From Thermodesulfobacteriota bacterium (lineage in GTDB: Bacteria; Desulfobacterota_D; UBA1144; Nemesobacterales; UBA2774): a DNA stretch of 64,000 nucleotides. A model generated the notes under the pieces. That model saw nothing but the letters and a program-made list of their open reading frames with translations, made no database searches and was not told the DNA's origin. The stretch lies in contig OZ244197.1 in the NCBI GenBank assembly GCA_965216785.1, positions 374,828-438,827 of the forward strand. Direction: 5' to 3'. The position numbers were made by a program, and so were the translations under genes. Below, in pieces: positions 33,402-41,385 of this stretch. The stretch's first letter is position 1. The number at the start of each line of letters is the position of its first letter.

Positions 33402-34202
33402 ATGCCCTCATCTATGATAAGAAAGATAAACGGACTGCTCAAGAGTGAGAGCCTGGGGAAAGTCATACATTATTTTGACGAGGTTGATTCAACAAACGAT
33501 ACTCTTTACGAGCTTGCGTCAAAAGGCGCTTCTGAGGGTACCGCGGTTATAGCAGACGCACAAACCCGTGGAAAGGGTAGACTGGGCAGAACCTGGATAT
33601 CGCCCGGCGGGCATAATCTATATTTATCCGTACTCTTAAGGCCCGGGATGGGAGCCACCGAAGCTGCACTCCTGACTCTGGTTGCTTCAATAGCCGTATA
33701 CGAGTGTTTAAAAAAAACCGGCATTCATAACGGGGCTATAAAATGGCCAAACGATATCCTGATCGACAAGAAAAAAATAGCGGGCGTACTAACGGAGATG
33801 CAACCAAAAGGCGATAAAGCGGATTTTGTAGTTGTGGGTATAGGGGTGAATGTGAATATGTCCAGAGCTGTTATTAACAGAGAAATGGACGACTTTGCCA
33901 GACATGTTACCTCGGTTAGCGAGAATTTGGGCAGGGAAGTGGACCGGGCAAAACTTGCTGCCGATTTACTTAAGGAACTTGAAGATTGGTATAGCACAAT
34001 GAGACTGCGGGGAAAACCCGCTATTTTGAAGGAATGGATGGATAGATGGGGCGGCCTAAACCAGAATGTACGTGTAAGAATTGAGGGTCAGGAAGAATTT
34101 CAAGGAACAGCCCAAGGAATAGATGAAAACGGCCATTTATTGGTTCAAAGAGAAAACGGCGAAACAGTAGAAGTAATAACGGGTGATATATCTATTATTT
34201 AG
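33402..34202 (+). CDS. birA: biotin--[acetyl-CoA-carboxylase] ligase (no N-terminal HTH domain)
   Basis: 266 aa; BirA catalytic motifs (QTRGKGRLGRTWISP, KWPNDIL, KIAGVLTE). Confidence 0.85.
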   Translation: MPSSMIRKINGLLKSESLGKVIHYFDEVDSTNDTLYELASKGASEGTAVIADAQTRGKGRLGRTWISPGGHNLYLSVLLRPGMGATEAALLTLVASIAVYECLKKTGIHNGAIKWPNDILIDKKKIAGVLTEMQPKGDKADFVVVGIGVNVNMSRAVINREMDDFARHVTSVSENLGREVDRAKLAADLLKELEDWYSTMRLRGKPAILKEWMDRWGGLNQNVRVRIEGQEEFQGTAQGIDENGHLLVQRENGETVEVITGDISII

Positions 34203-34548
34203 CCCTGAAACCAGACATTTCTTCTCTCATATTCTGCATCAGCTCTGTCCACTGATGAACTAATGAAAAATCATTTTCGGGAAGAAGTTTCCTTATCACT
34301 ATCCCACTTTCTTTAACTTCTACCCTGCAGTCCTTATATCTTTTGGATAGTATTTCGGCGAATTTATATAGCTTACTTACCGCCCCGGGATCGTTACCAA
34401 CAAATTTGGAGACAAGAACAACTTCCTGATCGAAACCTTCAAATATGAGATTCCAAAGGCTTGAGCTTGCCTCCATCGCAAAAGAAAGATCAATCGAATC
34501 AGACTGACTGACATCTTTTTCCATATTCACCTGGAGTGACTGCTCCAC
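34195..34548 (-). CDS. hypothetical protein
   Basis: 117 aa complete ORF immediately downstream of the TPR gene; 3' end overlaps the birA stop convergently by 8 bp. Confidence 0.45.
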   Translation of the reverse strand: MEQSLQVNMEKDVSQSDSIDLSFAMEASSSLWNLIFEGFDQEVVLVSKFVGNDPGAVSKLYKFAEILSKRYKDCRVEVKESGIVIRKLLPENDFSLVHQWTELMQNMREEMSGFRAK

Positions 34549-34576
34549 ACAGTCACCTAATTAGACCATATATAAC

Positions 34577-35584
34577 TTATCCGCCTCCGAGCGCCGCAAT
34601 CCTTTGCTTGGCGGTGTCCCCATATCCTTTATATCTATCCTGTCCGAGTGAGATCTCGAGAAACTTTTTGTAGTTAGCAATTGCTTCAGATCTCTTGTTT
34701 TGCTTCTCGTAACCCTGTGCTAAGAAGAAGTAGGCCTCAGGGGTATTGGGATTTAGTGAAATCGCCTTTTGTTCACTCGAGACAGTATTGGCGAATTGTT
34801 TCATATAGAAGTAAGTAATACCAAGATTCATGTACGCCGGGGCATAGTTAGGGTTAAGCTCAATTGCCTTTTGGAACTGATTTACGGCTTTTTGATAATA
34901 GCCCTGGTAGTTGAGCGCCGTTCCAAGATAGTTGTGAAGCTGGGCGGATGGAGCTATCTCTACAGCCTTTTTATACTGTGCCGCGGCCTGATTGAAAGAG
35001 CGTCTTTTCTGATAGTAGGCATTACCAAGACCTATGTACGCGGGAACGTATTTGGGATTGAGCTCGATTGCCTTTCTGATCTCCGGAGCGTTAGGGTTTC
35101 CGCCGCTTGCGGCCCAGAGTATGTAATAGGCTTCAGCGTTATTGGGGTCCTTAGCTAGAATGCCTCTCGCTGCCGCGATAGCCTCTTTCTCACGGCTCAA
35201 ATGGTAATAGCTATAAGCAAGAGCAACCTGAGTCGCCTCTAGATCGGGACCGAGTTTAAGGGCCTTTTCCATATTTTTATATGAATCGTTATAGTATTTC
35301 TCATAATCGTCTTTTATCAGGTATCTGTAAAAACCCATGAAGGAATAAACTTCGGCAAGCCCGGCGTATGCCGGAGCATAATTCGCGTCTATAGCGATAG
35401 CTTTATTATATGTCGCTATTGCTTGCTCAAACCCCTCAGGCGTAAACTTCATAAATTCGGCTTTTCCCTGCTTATACAACCCGGCTGCACCGGCTGCATC
35501 TTGGGCAATTGCAGTGTTAGCGTCTAACCCCGCAACTGTAAAAGTTATAGAAAGTAAAACCAAGCTTAAAATCAAACGCTTCAT
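34577..35584 (-). CDS. secreted tetratricopeptide-repeat protein
   Basis: Start moved to ATG 35584 (MKRLILSLVLLSITFTVAG, AGGAGGG upstream); repeated TPR-like units (AIELNPNYAPAY..., ...LGNAYY...). Confidence 0.75.
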   Translation of the reverse strand: MKRLILSLVLLSITFTVAGLDANTAIAQDAAGAAGLYKQGKAEFMKFTPEGFEQAIATYNKAIAIDANYAPAYAGLAEVYSFMGFYRYLIKDDYEKYYNDSYKNMEKALKLGPDLEATQVALAYSYYHLSREKEAIAAARGILAKDPNNAEAYYILWAASGGNPNAPEIRKAIELNPKYVPAYIGLGNAYYQKRRSFNQAAAQYKKAVEIAPSAQLHNYLGTALNYQGYYQKAVNQFQKAIELNPNYAPAYMNLGITYFYMKQFANTVSSEQKAISLNPNTPEAYFFLAQGYEKQNKRSEAIANYKKFLEISLGQDRYKGYGDTAKQRIAALGGG

Positions 35585-35631
35585 AACTCCCTCCTTGTAA
35601 AGTATTGTGCCTATAATGATTGTATCCGGTA

Positions 35632-36162
35632 TCAATACCCTTCGAGTATATATTTAACTATCTCTTTAGCCAAACCTTCATAAATATCCTTTGCCAAAAA
35701 GCCCATAGAGCTAAACCCGTTTACTTCTCCAGAGGATATTTCATCGCCGGTAGCCTTATTAACCAAGGCTAACTGGACTGTTACCGAAACCTCTCCGAAT
35801 TTTACTCCGCCGCCTTCATAAGAAATATCTGTGCTCGGTCTGTATTCACTTACCTCGCCTAAAACTACTATAGTATCCTCTGCAGGAATATTTTCAATTG
35901 CCCCAAACTCCACTTCTTTGAATTTATCCTTCGTAGCAAGCAGCGCTGCCGACTCTGCCGGGATTTTCGATAGCGCCTGTTCTGGAAAATCGACTATTTC
36001 AGTTACAAACTTATCGAACTGTACGGCCTGGAAACTGCTGAGCTTTTCTTTAGAAGGCTTAAAGTAAGATGTTGTTTTAATGCTCGCGCAGCCACTAAAC
36101 ATCAGAGCCAAAAAGAACAGCGAACATGCGGCATAGTATGAGCGGTAATTTCTATCTTTCAT
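35632..36162 (-). CDS. hypothetical lipoprotein
   Basis: Start moved to ATG 36162 (MKDRNYRSYYAACSLFFLALMFSGCAS, AAGGAGGA RBS upstream); lipobox Cys. Confidence 0.55.
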   Translation of the reverse strand: MKDRNYRSYYAACSLFFLALMFSGCASIKTTSYFKPSKEKLSSFQAVQFDKFVTEIVDFPEQALSKIPAESAALLATKDKFKEVEFGAIENIPAEDTIVVLGEVSEYRPSTDISYEGGGVKFGEVSVTVQLALVNKATGDEISSGEVNGFSSMGFLAKDIYEGLAKEIVKYILEGY

Positions 36163-36276
36163 AATTTCGTGCTCCTCCTTATAAGACAAGTAGTATAAAA
36201 TAGCATACTTCTTCTACTTGATAAACATCAAATCTTAATATTCTGTTATCACAAATGCGCTACGTGAAAAATTTAC

Positions 36277-36322
36277 TGTACAAAATTTGTCACTATTGTA
36301 CAACTTTTGCGAAAATTGTCAC
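36277..36322 (+). promoter_or_regulatory. direct repeats TGTACAA...TTGTCAC x2, candidate enhancer-binding-protein sites
   Basis: TGTACAAAATTTGTCAC (36277-36293) and TGTACAACTTTTGCGAAAATTGTCAC (36297-36322), 120-170 bp upstream of the sigma-54 promoter. Confidence 0.35.
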
Positions 36323-36444
36323 ATCAAACGTGCCTTTAAGGCTTTTTCAAAGCCACTGTATTTTGCTGAAATTTAGTTCAAATTTTAATATTATCATATT
36401 ATATCAGGGGGTTATAAGCAGGAGGCTCTGAAATACACCGAATT

Positions 36445-36460
36445 TGGCACGTGGCTTGCA
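36445..36460 (+). promoter_or_regulatory. sigma-54 (RpoN) promoter, -24/-12 elements TGGCACG-N4-TTGCA
   Basis: Sequence TGGCACGTGGCTTGCA matches the sigma-54 consensus exactly in the GG-N10-GC core; about 43 bp upstream of pilin ATG 36503. Confidence 0.6.
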
Positions 36461-36502
36461 AAATATCTAGTCAAACTCAAAATCTTTTAGGAGGTAGTAG
36501 AT

Positions 36503-37102
36503 ATGTTAAGGAATATACTGAGAAAGAAAAAAGGCGAGAAAGGGTTTACCCTTATCGAGCTTTTGGTTGTTGCAGCGATCATCGGCATCCTGCTCGCAAT
36601 CGCTATCCCTAACCTTATAAAGGCAAGAATATCCGCAAACGAGGCAAACGCAAGAAAGGCCTTGCAGACCCTTAGAGACGCGGAAGGGGAGTATTTCGAG
36701 CAAGATCTTAACGATGATGGTGAGAGAAACTACACCGGATTTATTGGGGATCTCAGCACTGCTGAATCACTCCGTAATCCGGAAGGAACAAGTGATGAAG
36801 AGGACGCACTCATAGATTCAAGCTTTGAGGGTGCGGACGATGGAGAAGATCCCGCTGCGGCAGGCTGCGCGGACTCAAAAGCCGGGTACTGCATAGGCTG
36901 GGATGCCGCTACCATCGAGGCAGCTGCAGGTAACCTTGATGATTTCGGATGGGAAGCTTCTATGACAAGTTTCCGTAAGACAGGTAGAAAAGACTTCGCG
37001 GTTTACGGAGACGGCGTTATAAGGTGCACAGTTACCGGAGCCACCAACTCAGGCGATCCTGGTGACTTTAATGCCGATCGTACAACCGGCGCTTGCGACT
37101 AA
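36503..37102 (+). CDS. type IV pilin (PilA-like prepilin)
   Basis: 199 aa; basic leader ending KG then FTLIELLVVAAIIGILLAIAIPNL (prepilin peptidase site, Glu at +5); C-terminal Cys residues; GGAGG RBS 8 nt upstream. Confidence 0.85.
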   Translation: MLRNILRKKKGEKGFTLIELLVVAAIIGILLAIAIPNLIKARISANEANARKALQTLRDAEGEYFEQDLNDDGERNYTGFIGDLSTAESLRNPEGTSDEEDALIDSSFEGADDGEDPAAAGCADSKAGYCIGWDAATIEAAAGNLDDFGWEASMTSFRKTGRKDFAVYGDGVIRCTVTGATNSGDPGDFNADRTTGACD

Positions 37103-37156
37103 TAATTTTAAGAAAAAGTTAGTTCAATGTAAAGAGTACAAAATGTTTACTATAAA

Positions 37157-37181
37157 ACAGCGGGGTTAGCCCCGCTGTTTT
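37157..37181 (+). terminator. intrinsic (Rho-independent) terminator after pilin 1
   Basis: Perfect hairpin ACAGCGGGG-TTAG-CCCCGCTGT followed by TTT and preceded by AAAA, 55 nt after the pilin 1 stop. Confidence 0.7.
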
Positions 37182-37302
37182 ATCATCGCCCAATTGGTAC
37201 ACAAAGTAGAAATTACTACTTTGATCACTTGCTTTATCAAATAGAATTTCCTGTACGCATACTGCACAATTAAATTGTAATTACGAGTAGGAGCATACTA
37301 AA

Positions 37303-37899
37303 ATGATACAACCGGGCAAAATAAAATTTCAAAACGGATTTACACTGATAGAGTTGCTCGTTGTTGCGGCTATTATAGGCATTCTACTTGCCATTGCTAT
37401 TCCAAATCTCTTAAAAGCCCGAATTTCCTCAAACGAAGTGAATGCGCGAAAAGCGCTGCAAACCTTAAAAGATGCAGAGTATGAGTATTTTGAGCAGGAT
37501 CTGAATGATGACGGTGAGAGAAATTTTACAAATTTCATAGGGACTCTCGGTACACCAGGAACACTCCGCGACCCCTCAGGAACTAATGACGAAGAAGACT
37601 CGCTGATTGACAATACCTTTGAGAAGGCGGTAATAAACGACGGTAGTCCTGCAAGTTCCGCAAACTGCGTAGACTCAAAGGCCGGTTACTGCATCGCATG
37701 GAGCAGCGACGTTGAAACCGACGATTTGACCCTAGTAGCAGACTTCGGATGGGAAGCCTCCATGACGAATGCAAGGGTTAACGGGAGAAAAGACTTTTCC
37801 GCTTTCGCAGATAAAGTTATAAAATGCACCGTAACAACCCAGAGCAAGGGGCAGGCCGGGACGTTTGAATCCGGGCGTAGTGACTCCGCTTGTGAGTGA
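37303..37899 (+). CDS. type IV pilin (PilA-like prepilin), paralog 2
   Basis: 198 aa; leader MIQPGKIKFQNG then FTLIELLVVAAIIGILLAIAIPNL; shares CxDSKAGYCI and DFGWEASMT motifs with pilin 1. Confidence 0.85.
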   Translation: MIQPGKIKFQNGFTLIELLVVAAIIGILLAIAIPNLLKARISSNEVNARKALQTLKDAEYEYFEQDLNDDGERNFTNFIGTLGTPGTLRDPSGTNDEEDSLIDNTFEKAVINDGSPASSANCVDSKAGYCIAWSSDVETDDLTLVADFGWEASMTNARVNGRKDFSAFADKVIKCTVTTQSKGQAGTFESGRSDSACE

Positions 37900-38005
37900 T
37901 AAGCTTATATTCCTCAAATTAGAATTATCAAGCCCACAATCAACCTAATTATCCGAGAGATATTGCCTCTAAACACCGATTAACATATATTTTAGATATC
38001 CGGTT

Positions 38006-38935
38006 ATGTCAGAAACTATTCTCCAAGTAAATGAGCTGGTTAAAAACTTTAAGACAGGGTTCTTTGGAAAAGAAGCCAAGGTTCTAAAAGGGGTTTCATT
38101 CTCTGTCGAAAGCGGGGAGATATATGGCTTTGTCGGGCCGAACGGCGCCGGAAAAACCACTACCTTTAAATGCATCCTGGGGTTTGCGCAGAAATCTGGC
38201 GGTAACATCAGCCTGATGGGCGAAAGTAACGGTAACGTCGACATAAAAGCCCGGATTGGGTACTTGCCCGAGAACCCCTACTTTTACGACTACTTAACGG
38301 GCGAAGAGCTGCTCCACTACATGGGAGAGCTGCACGGTATAAAACAAAAGACGCTTAAGGATAGAGTGGATTTTCTATTATCGAAAGTCAATATGAGCCA
38401 CGCCCGAAGTCTACAGCTCAGAAAGTACTCCAAGGGGATGCTCCAGAGGATTGGAGTCGCTCAGGCGCTCATAAACGACCCGGAATTTATCATCCTGGAC
38501 GAGCCTATGAGCGGACTTGACCCTATAGGTAGAAGAGAGATTAAAGACTTGATACTGGAGAAGAAAGCGAAAGGGAAAACGATACTTCTCAGCTCGCATA
38601 TGCTAGCTGACGTAGAAGCGCTCTGTGACAGAGTAGCGCTGATAATGAACGGCAGGGTTGTTAGGACAGGCACCATCGGTGAGCTACTAAACGAGATACA
38701 CACAGATTACGAGCTCTTTCTCGAAGGATCGAGAGACGATGTCAGAGAGCACGTAAAAGACCTGAATGTTGAGCTAGAGGAAAGAGCCGGCTTCTTGGTG
38801 CTCAAGTTTGATGAGGATATAAAGACTAGGGTTTTTGAAGCTGTAATGAAATCCTCCTCAGAGATTGTCTCACTTCATCCAATGAGAAAATCGCTGGAAG
38901 GACTATTTGTAGAAGAGGCTAACAAAAATGAATAG
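38006..38935 (+). CDS. ABC transporter ATP-binding protein (ABC-2 type)
   Basis: 309 aa; Walker A GPNGAGKTT, signature YSKGMLQRIG, Walker B IILDEP. Confidence 0.9.
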   Translation: MSETILQVNELVKNFKTGFFGKEAKVLKGVSFSVESGEIYGFVGPNGAGKTTTFKCILGFAQKSGGNISLMGESNGNVDIKARIGYLPENPYFYDYLTGEELLHYMGELHGIKQKTLKDRVDFLLSKVNMSHARSLQLRKYSKGMLQRIGVAQALINDPEFIILDEPMSGLDPIGRREIKDLILEKKAKGKTILLSSHMLADVEALCDRVALIMNGRVVRTGTIGELLNEIHTDYELFLEGSRDDVREHVKDLNVELEERAGFLVLKFDEDIKTRVFEAVMKSSSEIVSLHPMRKSLEGLFVEEANKNE

Positions 38936-39731
38936 AGTATTTAGCGTAGCGCGCAACACATTCATTGAAGCCATAAGAGATAGAGTCCTCTACAGCCTGG
39001 TCGTTTTTGCTATACTGATGATTCTAAGCTCACTTATCATAGCCGCCATTTCCGGAGAGCAGTACAATAAAATTGTAAAAGACTTGGGACTCACAGCTAT
39101 TTCAATAATAGGCATCATGCTGTCCGTATTTCTGGGCATGGGTCTTGTTTATAAAGAGATAGAGAAAAAAACAGTCTATAACATCTTCTCAAAACCGATT
39201 AAGCGATACGAATTTATTCTCGGCAAGTATTTAGGCCTGGCTTTTACACTACTTCTAATTACTATTGGGATGGCAATTATACTTTTCCTCTTGGTTCTAT
39301 ATACGGAGCTCAGATATCAGGGGCTTATAGAGTTTTATTACGGGGGTCAGCATTTCAGCGAATTTTTTAACGCCATATATTTTCAGTATCTGGAATTCTT
39401 AATTATTATCGGCATCGCTCTTATATTCTCTAGTTTCACAAGCCCTATACTGAGCGTTTTATTCACATTTTTACTATTCGCGATAGGACGCTTTTCAGGC
39501 GATATAAGACTATTTGCAGAGGAGATAAAAAACCCGGTGAGCGCCGTTTTCGCCGAGGTGATTTATACGGTTATACCCAATCTTGAGAAGTTTAACGCAA
39601 GGAGTGAAGCCGTATACGGCGGCAGTTTAAACTGGGAGCTAATAATTTATACGACCGTCTATGCAATCATTTATACGATTGCGCTCCTATTGCTTTCCAT
39701 GGTCATTTTTGAAAAAAAGGAATTTAAGTAA
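38928..39731 (+). CDS. ABC-2 family transporter permease
   Basis: 267 aa polytopic membrane protein; start overlaps the ATPase stop by 8 bp. Confidence 0.8.
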   Translation: MNRVFSVARNTFIEAIRDRVLYSLVVFAILMILSSLIIAAISGEQYNKIVKDLGLTAISIIGIMLSVFLGMGLVYKEIEKKTVYNIFSKPIKRYEFILGKYLGLAFTLLLITIGMAIILFLLVLYTELRYQGLIEFYYGGQHFSEFFNAIYFQYLEFLIIIGIALIFSSFTSPILSVLFTFLLFAIGRFSGDIRLFAEEIKNPVSAVFAEVIYTVIPNLEKFNARSEAVYGGSLNWELIIYTTVYAIIYTIALLLLSMVIFEKKEFK

Positions 39732-39740
39732 CCAAGCCCC

Positions 39741-40811
39741 ATGTCAATTACAAAAAAACCCATAATCGGCCTAACTGTAATCTTAATATTGATATTAGCG
39801 TCTATACCGTTTCAAAATAAGATAGACGAAGCGCACGGTAAATTTAGCAGTATTGAGGGCAGCATATACCTATCGTCCTCTATGCTCGACAAGATGTCTC
39901 TGGGGTACCAGGAAATTCTAGCCGATGTATATTGGCTTCGGGCGCTTCAGTACTTTGGCGGTAAAGATATTGATGAGCAGGACCCCGAGCTTCTGTATCA
40001 TTATTTTAATATAATTACCGATCTTGACCCGAAATTTGTAAACGCTTACAGGTATGGCGGCGCATTTTTGGCGGAGCCTCCCCCGTATGGACTTGGGAAT
40101 TTTAAATTGGGTGTAAAGGTCTTTGAGAAAGGAAGAGAAAACAACCCCGATAATTTCAGACTGCCCCTTGAACAAGCATTCCTATATTACATATACCCGA
40201 AGAATTACGCTAAAGCCGCTGAGCTTTTCGAAGAGGCCGGAGCTAAACCCGGACTATCGCCATTCAGAAAGGCATCCATTAACGGCATGGCCGCCGCCGC
40301 TCACGCACATGGTGGAGACAGAAAAAATTCCAGGAAAATTTGGGAAACTATCTATGAAACGAGCCCGAGCGAAGGCAGGAGAAATTTCGCACTCAGAAAC
40401 TTAAAAGAGATACAAACAATGGATATTGAGGACAATTTAACACTAGCTTTAAAAGAGTACAAGAAGCGTTTCAAGAAACTCCCGGAAGGGGTGGAGGAAA
40501 TTGTCGATACCGGGATTATTGAATCGGTACCCGCCTCCCCTCTTGATGGACAGTTTATAATCGCGGCCCAAATCGAAGCTGTGAAAGACAGTGCTTTGGC
40601 AGAGAGCAACCTGAATCAAAGTCTTAGGTTCCTGAACGCAAAATCGAGAAGGCATATGAAGACTTTCGGCGAATACCCAAAAGATATAAATGAGCTCAGG
40701 GTGTATATTCAAGACTATACTACCAGCGATTTCCCAGCACACCCGCTTGGCGAGCCATATGACTACGATCCGGAAACAGGAAAAGTAACTTCTGGGGAAA
40801 TTACAAAGTAA
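39741..40811 (+). CDS. membrane-anchored hypothetical protein, helical repeat-like (possible ABC transporter accessory)
   Basis: 356 aa; N-terminal TM anchor (IIGLTVILILILASI); starts 9 bp after the permease. Confidence 0.55.
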   Translation: MSITKKPIIGLTVILILILASIPFQNKIDEAHGKFSSIEGSIYLSSSMLDKMSLGYQEILADVYWLRALQYFGGKDIDEQDPELLYHYFNIITDLDPKFVNAYRYGGAFLAEPPPYGLGNFKLGVKVFEKGRENNPDNFRLPLEQAFLYYIYPKNYAKAAELFEEAGAKPGLSPFRKASINGMAAAAHAHGGDRKNSRKIWETIYETSPSEGRRNFALRNLKEIQTMDIEDNLTLALKEYKKRFKKLPEGVEEIVDTGIIESVPASPLDGQFIIAAQIEAVKDSALAESNLNQSLRFLNAKSRRHMKTFGEYPKDINELRVYIQDYTTSDFPAHPLGEPYDYDPETGKVTSGEITK

Positions 40812-40814
40812 CCA

Positions 40815-41291
40815 TCAATTAATCTCTAGTACTACAAACTCCCTGGTACCTCCGGGGGCTTGTACAACAACGTCGTCGTCAACCTCTTTTCCGATCAGAG
40901 CGCGGCCGATTGGGGATGTAATGGATATAAGGCCGTTCTCGGGCTCTGATTCATCCGCACCTACGAGCTGATAACTAACAGTCTCACCGGTGTCCAAGTC
41001 CTCAAGCGTAACCTTTATTCCGAACGTAACTCTGTCTTTATTGGTAAGCTCCGCGGGGTCAATAACCTCTGCCCTGCTGATCTTGCTCTCAAGCTCCTGG
41101 ATCCTGCCTTCAACAAAAGATTGACGGTCTTTTGCCGTCTCATACTCCGCGTTTTCTGACAGGTCCCCGAGTGAGCGTGCATATTCTATGAGTTTTATTA
41201 CTTCTGGTCTCTCAACTGTTTTAAGGCGGTGAAGCTCTTTTTGAAGTTTTACCAGTCCATTTGGTGTTATGGGTACTCTTTCAGTTGACAT
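40815..41291 (-). CDS. greA: transcription elongation factor GreA
   Basis: Start moved to ATG 41291 (MSTERVPITPNG, AAGGAGGA RBS); GreA coiled-coil and FKBP-like C-terminus. Confidence 0.9.
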   Translation of the reverse strand: MSTERVPITPNGLVKLQKELHRLKTVERPEVIKLIEYARSLGDLSENAEYETAKDRQSFVEGRIQELESKISRAEVIDPAELTNKDRVTFGIKVTLEDLDTGETVSYQLVGADESEPENGLISITSPIGRALIGKEVDDDVVVQAPGGTREFVVLEIN

Positions 41292-41385
41292 AAAGTTTTC
41301 CTCCTTCAATATCCTGGGGGAAATAGATTAGGATTTACTTTCAACATATTAAAGACATGCCCTGTGAATAGATAATTATACAGTA

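Noticed and set aside
36190-36502. Possible small RNA or mobile-element remnant in the 313-bp AT-rich spacer upstream of the pilins
   Set aside because: Better explained as a divergent promoter region with a sigma-54 promoter and upstream repeats; no inverted terminal repeats or coding remnant seen.
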